Origin: a virus
Strand: one strand, 5' to 3'
IMG/VR virus record: IMGVR_UViG_3300018946_000001
Coordinates: 1-51,154 of that record
DNA length: 51,154 nt
Part shown: piece after piece, positions 48,655-51,154 of the stretch
Layout of the letters: every line of letters starts with the position of its first letter
Numbering within the stretch: the first letter of the stretch is position 1
Position numbers and translations under genes: made by a program
The notes under the pieces: model-generated
What the model was told of the DNA's origin: nothing
Database searches by the model: none
The model's input: only the letters and a program-made list of their open reading frames with translations

Positions 48655-51048
48655 ATGACTGCTGCCACGCTAACAACTGCTCGCACCCTGATCGCCGCTG
48701 GCATCTCGGTGATTCCCATCCATGATGATGGCAGCAAAGCACCGACCCTGAAGTGGAAATTATTCCAGGAACGCACGCCAACAACCAAGGAAGTTGATGG
48801 CTGGTTACGCAATAGCGGCAAAGGGATCGCGGTTGTCACTGGCGCAGTGAGTGGCAACCTTGAAACCTTCGATGCCGATGCGCCTGAACTGTTTGACCAG
48901 TGGGCGGCGAACGTAGAGCACGACGCGCCCGGACTGTTGGCCCGCATCCCGATGGCGGCCACGCCTACGGGTGGTCGCCATCTGTACTACCGTTGCGATG
49001 CGCCGCCCCCTGGCAATATGAAACTGGCACAACGTCACCCAACACCAGCAGAGCAGGCAGCAGCGCCCGGCCTACTGGCGGTGGTGCTCTTTGAGACGCG
49101 GGGCGAGGGTGGCTATGCTATTGTGCCACCCTCGCCAGCCGCATGCCATCCGAGTGGTAAGCCCTATGTGATGCTGAATCTTGCCATTGAAGATGCCCCT
49201 ACCCTTACCGCCGACGAGCGAGCAATATTAATCAGTAACGCACGGATCTTTAACACCTATGTGCCGGCGGCCCAGGTGGTACGGGGCACAAAGCCTCGCA
49301 GCAACGCCACAGGCGATGAGCGACCCGGCGACCGTTATAACCGCGAGGCGGATTGGTCTGATCTGCTGCCGCGCCACGGCTGGCACTCGATGGGCGTGCG
49401 GGGCGAAGTCGAGATGTGGCAGCGGCCTGGCAAGGATGGGCGCGGTCTCAGCGCCACTACAAACTACGGCGGCAGCAACCTGCTGTACGTCTTCAGTTCG
49501 AGCGCCGCCCCCTTCGAGCCGGAACATGCCTACTCGCTCTTTGCTGCAAAGGTGCTCTTGGAGCATAACGGCGATTACAGCGAGGCAGGGAAAGCACTAT
49601 GGAAAGAGCAACAGATGAATACGCCAACCCCTAGCAAGCCTCGTGTCAATACTGCGACCGGCGAAATATTGAACGGTGATGATCGGCCAGCACCGAGGCC
49701 CGCTATTGAAACCGAGGACGGCAACCGCTACATCCTGGTGCCAAAAATCCCGCTTGATGTCAACGACCTGTTGACGATGGAGCGCAAGCCGGTAGTGTGG
49801 TATGCCCCCAACTTTCTACGTGAAGGACTGGGCTTGATTGTGGGGCAGCCCAACGTCGGCAAAACACCGGCGGCGGTGCAGCTCGCCATCGCCCTGGCGA
49901 CGGGCACGAAGTGGCTGGGGGCTATCGAGTGCCCACAGTGCAATGTGTTGTATCTCGGTGTGGAGTACAGCGCCCAAGAGCTTATCCCGATGTTTGATAT
50001 TTCCCGCATGGGTATGTCAATCCCTCGTGGCCGTCTGCACGTTAAGACAATCGAGGATGATTTCCCCCAGACACCAGAGGATGCCCTAGCCGAGCTTGAT
50101 TGGTATATGCGAGTGATGCAGATTAACGTCGTCATCATCGATGTGCTAACGGCCTTTCTGCCCCCCGAGAAGTTCAAGCAGAACGTGTATCGTGGCGACT
50201 ACTCCGAACTGAAGCCGTATCACAAGCTCGCCCTGCACTACAACGCCGCAATCCTCGGCGTGTGGCACGCATCGAAGCGAGAGGCCGACCCGAAGATCAT
50301 GTACAACGGATCGACCGGCATGTGGGCTGCGGCGGCCAGCCGTATGGCGATGTACCAGGACCAGGAGCAACGAGTACGCATCGCCTCATTCCCGCGCATG
50401 GGCGATAAGGTGGATTGGGCCTTGACCCAGGAAGTGACCAGCCGGGGCCGTCGCTGGATTGTCTCTGACACCGCACCAGAGCCAATGATGGGCAGCACCG
50501 AGCAGGCTATTTACCGCTTCCTGAAGGACAACGCTACCGACGTATTGCCCCTCGGCCCAGGCACCATAGCCGAGATGACTGGCCTCCCCAACAACACCGT
50601 AAAGGTAACGGTGCGGCGTATGTTCCTCAAGAATCTGTTACAGCAGGTTGGTAGCAGCGGTGGCTATTACGTAGAGCCAGCCAAGACACCAGAGGATGTT
50701 GTAACCGATGAAACCCTTGAAACTTCTGTAACCGATGTAACCTTTGTAACTTCAGATGATTTATTTGAAGCTCAAAAGGTTACAAATGTAACCGATTGTA
50801 ACCCTGTTTGTAACCCTGTTTCAGCGCATCAGGACGCCGCAAACGAAGGTGGGTTACAAAAGTTACACGATATTCCAGGTTACAAGGTTTCAGGCGCGGT
50901 TACAACCAATTATTCCTATGACGGCGTGCAGTCTGGTAATGGTCCGGTTGTGTGGCGCGTATTCAACGATACCACCGATGCCATTGTGGGTGAGTACACC
51001 AGCGAAGCCGACGCGATAGCCGCAATCAATCAGAGGGTACAGCAATGA
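48655..51048 (+). CDS. Bifunctional primase-polymerase (Prim-Pol N-terminal domain) / RepA-RecA-like P-loop helicase with a C-terminal wHTH
   Basis: AGISVIPIHDDGSKAP..KWK...GIAVVTG...ETRGEGGYAIVPPS (Prim-Pol). LIVGQPNVGKT (Walker A), VVIIDVL (Walker B). IAEMTGLPNNTVKVTVRRM. Confidence 0.8.
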   Translation: MTAATLTTARTLIAAGISVIPIHDDGSKAPTLKWKLFQERTPTTKEVDGWLRNSGKGIAVVTGAVSGNLETFDADAPELFDQWAANVEHDAPGLLARIPMAATPTGGRHLYYRCDAPPPGNMKLAQRHPTPAEQAAAPGLLAVVLFETRGEGGYAIVPPSPAACHPSGKPYVMLNLAIEDAPTLTADERAILISNARIFNTYVPAAQVVRGTKPRSNATGDERPGDRYNREADWSDLLPRHGWHSMGVRGEVEMWQRPGKDGRGLSATTNYGGSNLLYVFSSSAAPFEPEHAYSLFAAKVLLEHNGDYSEAGKALWKEQQMNTPTPSKPRVNTATGEILNGDDRPAPRPAIETEDGNRYILVPKIPLDVNDLLTMERKPVVWYAPNFLREGLGLIVGQPNVGKTPAAVQLAIALATGTKWLGAIECPQCNVLYLGVEYSAQELIPMFDISRMGMSIPRGRLHVKTIEDDFPQTPEDALAELDWYMRVMQINVVIIDVLTAFLPPEKFKQNVYRGDYSELKPYHKLALHYNAAILGVWHASKREADPKIMYNGSTGMWAAAASRMAMYQDQEQRVRIASFPRMGDKVDWALTQEVTSRGRRWIVSDTAPEPMMGSTEQAIYRFLKDNATDVLPLGPGTIAEMTGLPNNTVKVTVRRMFLKNLLQQVGSSGGYYVEPAKTPEDVVTDETLETSVTDVTFVTSDDLFEAQKVTNVTDCNPVCNPVSAHQDAANEGGLQKLHDIPGYKVSGAVTTNYSYDGVQSGNGPVVWRVFNDTTDAIVGEYTSEADAIAAINQRVQQ
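50700..50904. repeat. Iteron array: 7 direct TGTAAC(C) plus 5 inverted (G)GTTACA copies
   Basis: TGTAACC at 50700, 50727, 50736, 50787, 50797 and 50809. TGTAACT at 50745. GGTTACA at 50778, 50852, 50878 and 50898. AGTTACA at 50861. Confidence 0.85.
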
Positions 51049-51154
51049 TCAAAGCAATTCAGACCCGCTATAACGGCTACCATTTCCGTAGCAGGATCGA
51101 GGCTAGGTGGGCTGTGTTCCTTGATGCGCTTGGTATTAAATATGAATACGAGGC
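51028..51154. repeat. Terminal overlap, copy 2 (identical to 1-127)
   Basis: Exact repeat of 1-127. It contains the primase stop (51046-51048) and the ATG (51045) that equals position 18. Confidence 0.95.

Noticed and set aside
50700-50904. The possibility that the dense short-repeat array is a CRISPR array or a mini-satellite artefact.
   Set aside because: The repeats are only 7 nt, irregularly spaced, in both orientations and inside an intact reading frame. No cas genes are present. An iteron or origin interpretation fits better.

Overview
The window is one complete, circularly closed genome: 51,027 bp of unique sequence plus an exact 127-bp end overlap (1-127 = 51028-51154). It belongs to a high-GC tailed dsDNA phage. 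The morphology is siphovirus-type, with a major tail protein, a G/GT chaperone and a 1018-aa tape measure, and no sheath gene. Nearly all real genes are on the + strand and are often joined by ATGA/TAATG stop-start overlaps. There are three minus-strand insets. Layout by region follows. (i) 18-7340: a nuclease and nucleotide/DNA-modification arm. It holds PD-(D/E)XK, DpdA-like transglycosylase, YhhQ-like preQ0 transporter, a degenerate ThyX-like protein, a dCTP-deaminase-like protein, VRR-NUC, HNH and GIY-YIG genes. (ii) 7494-11144, minus strand: an operon with its own near-consensus promoter. It encodes an Xis-type HTH, four multi-TM proteins and a membrane-anchored FtsK/TraB-like ATPase with a C-terminal HTH, followed by a two-gene sub-operon. 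(iii) 11394-14481: small early regulators (RHH, PadR, XRE). (iv) 14646-17692: lysis cassette (amidase+glucosaminidase endolysin plus TM/coiled-coil proteins). (v) 18490-40308: packaging, head and tail genes, interrupted by an AT-richer moron island at 22273-24149. (vi) 40408-46616: accessory and immunity region with two divergent repressor switches, a second GIY-YIG gene, a SWIM protein and a Dam-family methyltransferase. (vii) 46806-51048: replication genes (acidic protein, a protein ending in an SSB-like DLPF tip, and a prim-pol/helicase). I found no integrase, partition genes, tRNA, rRNA or CRISPR array. Four candidates look most novel. First, the TraB/Spd-like DNA-translocation module inside a tailed phage. 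Second, the DpdA+YhhQ salvage pair next to a degenerate ThyX-like/Dcd-like pair. Third, a 12-copy TGTAACC/GGTTACA iteron array embedded in the 3' end of the primase-helicase gene. Fourth, a Flp-pilin-like segment that is only reachable by recoding. All homology calls come from by-eye motif recognition and need profile searches. A Chloroflexota-like host is only a guess, based on GQGLIEYALIL and AWLWLS-type motifs.
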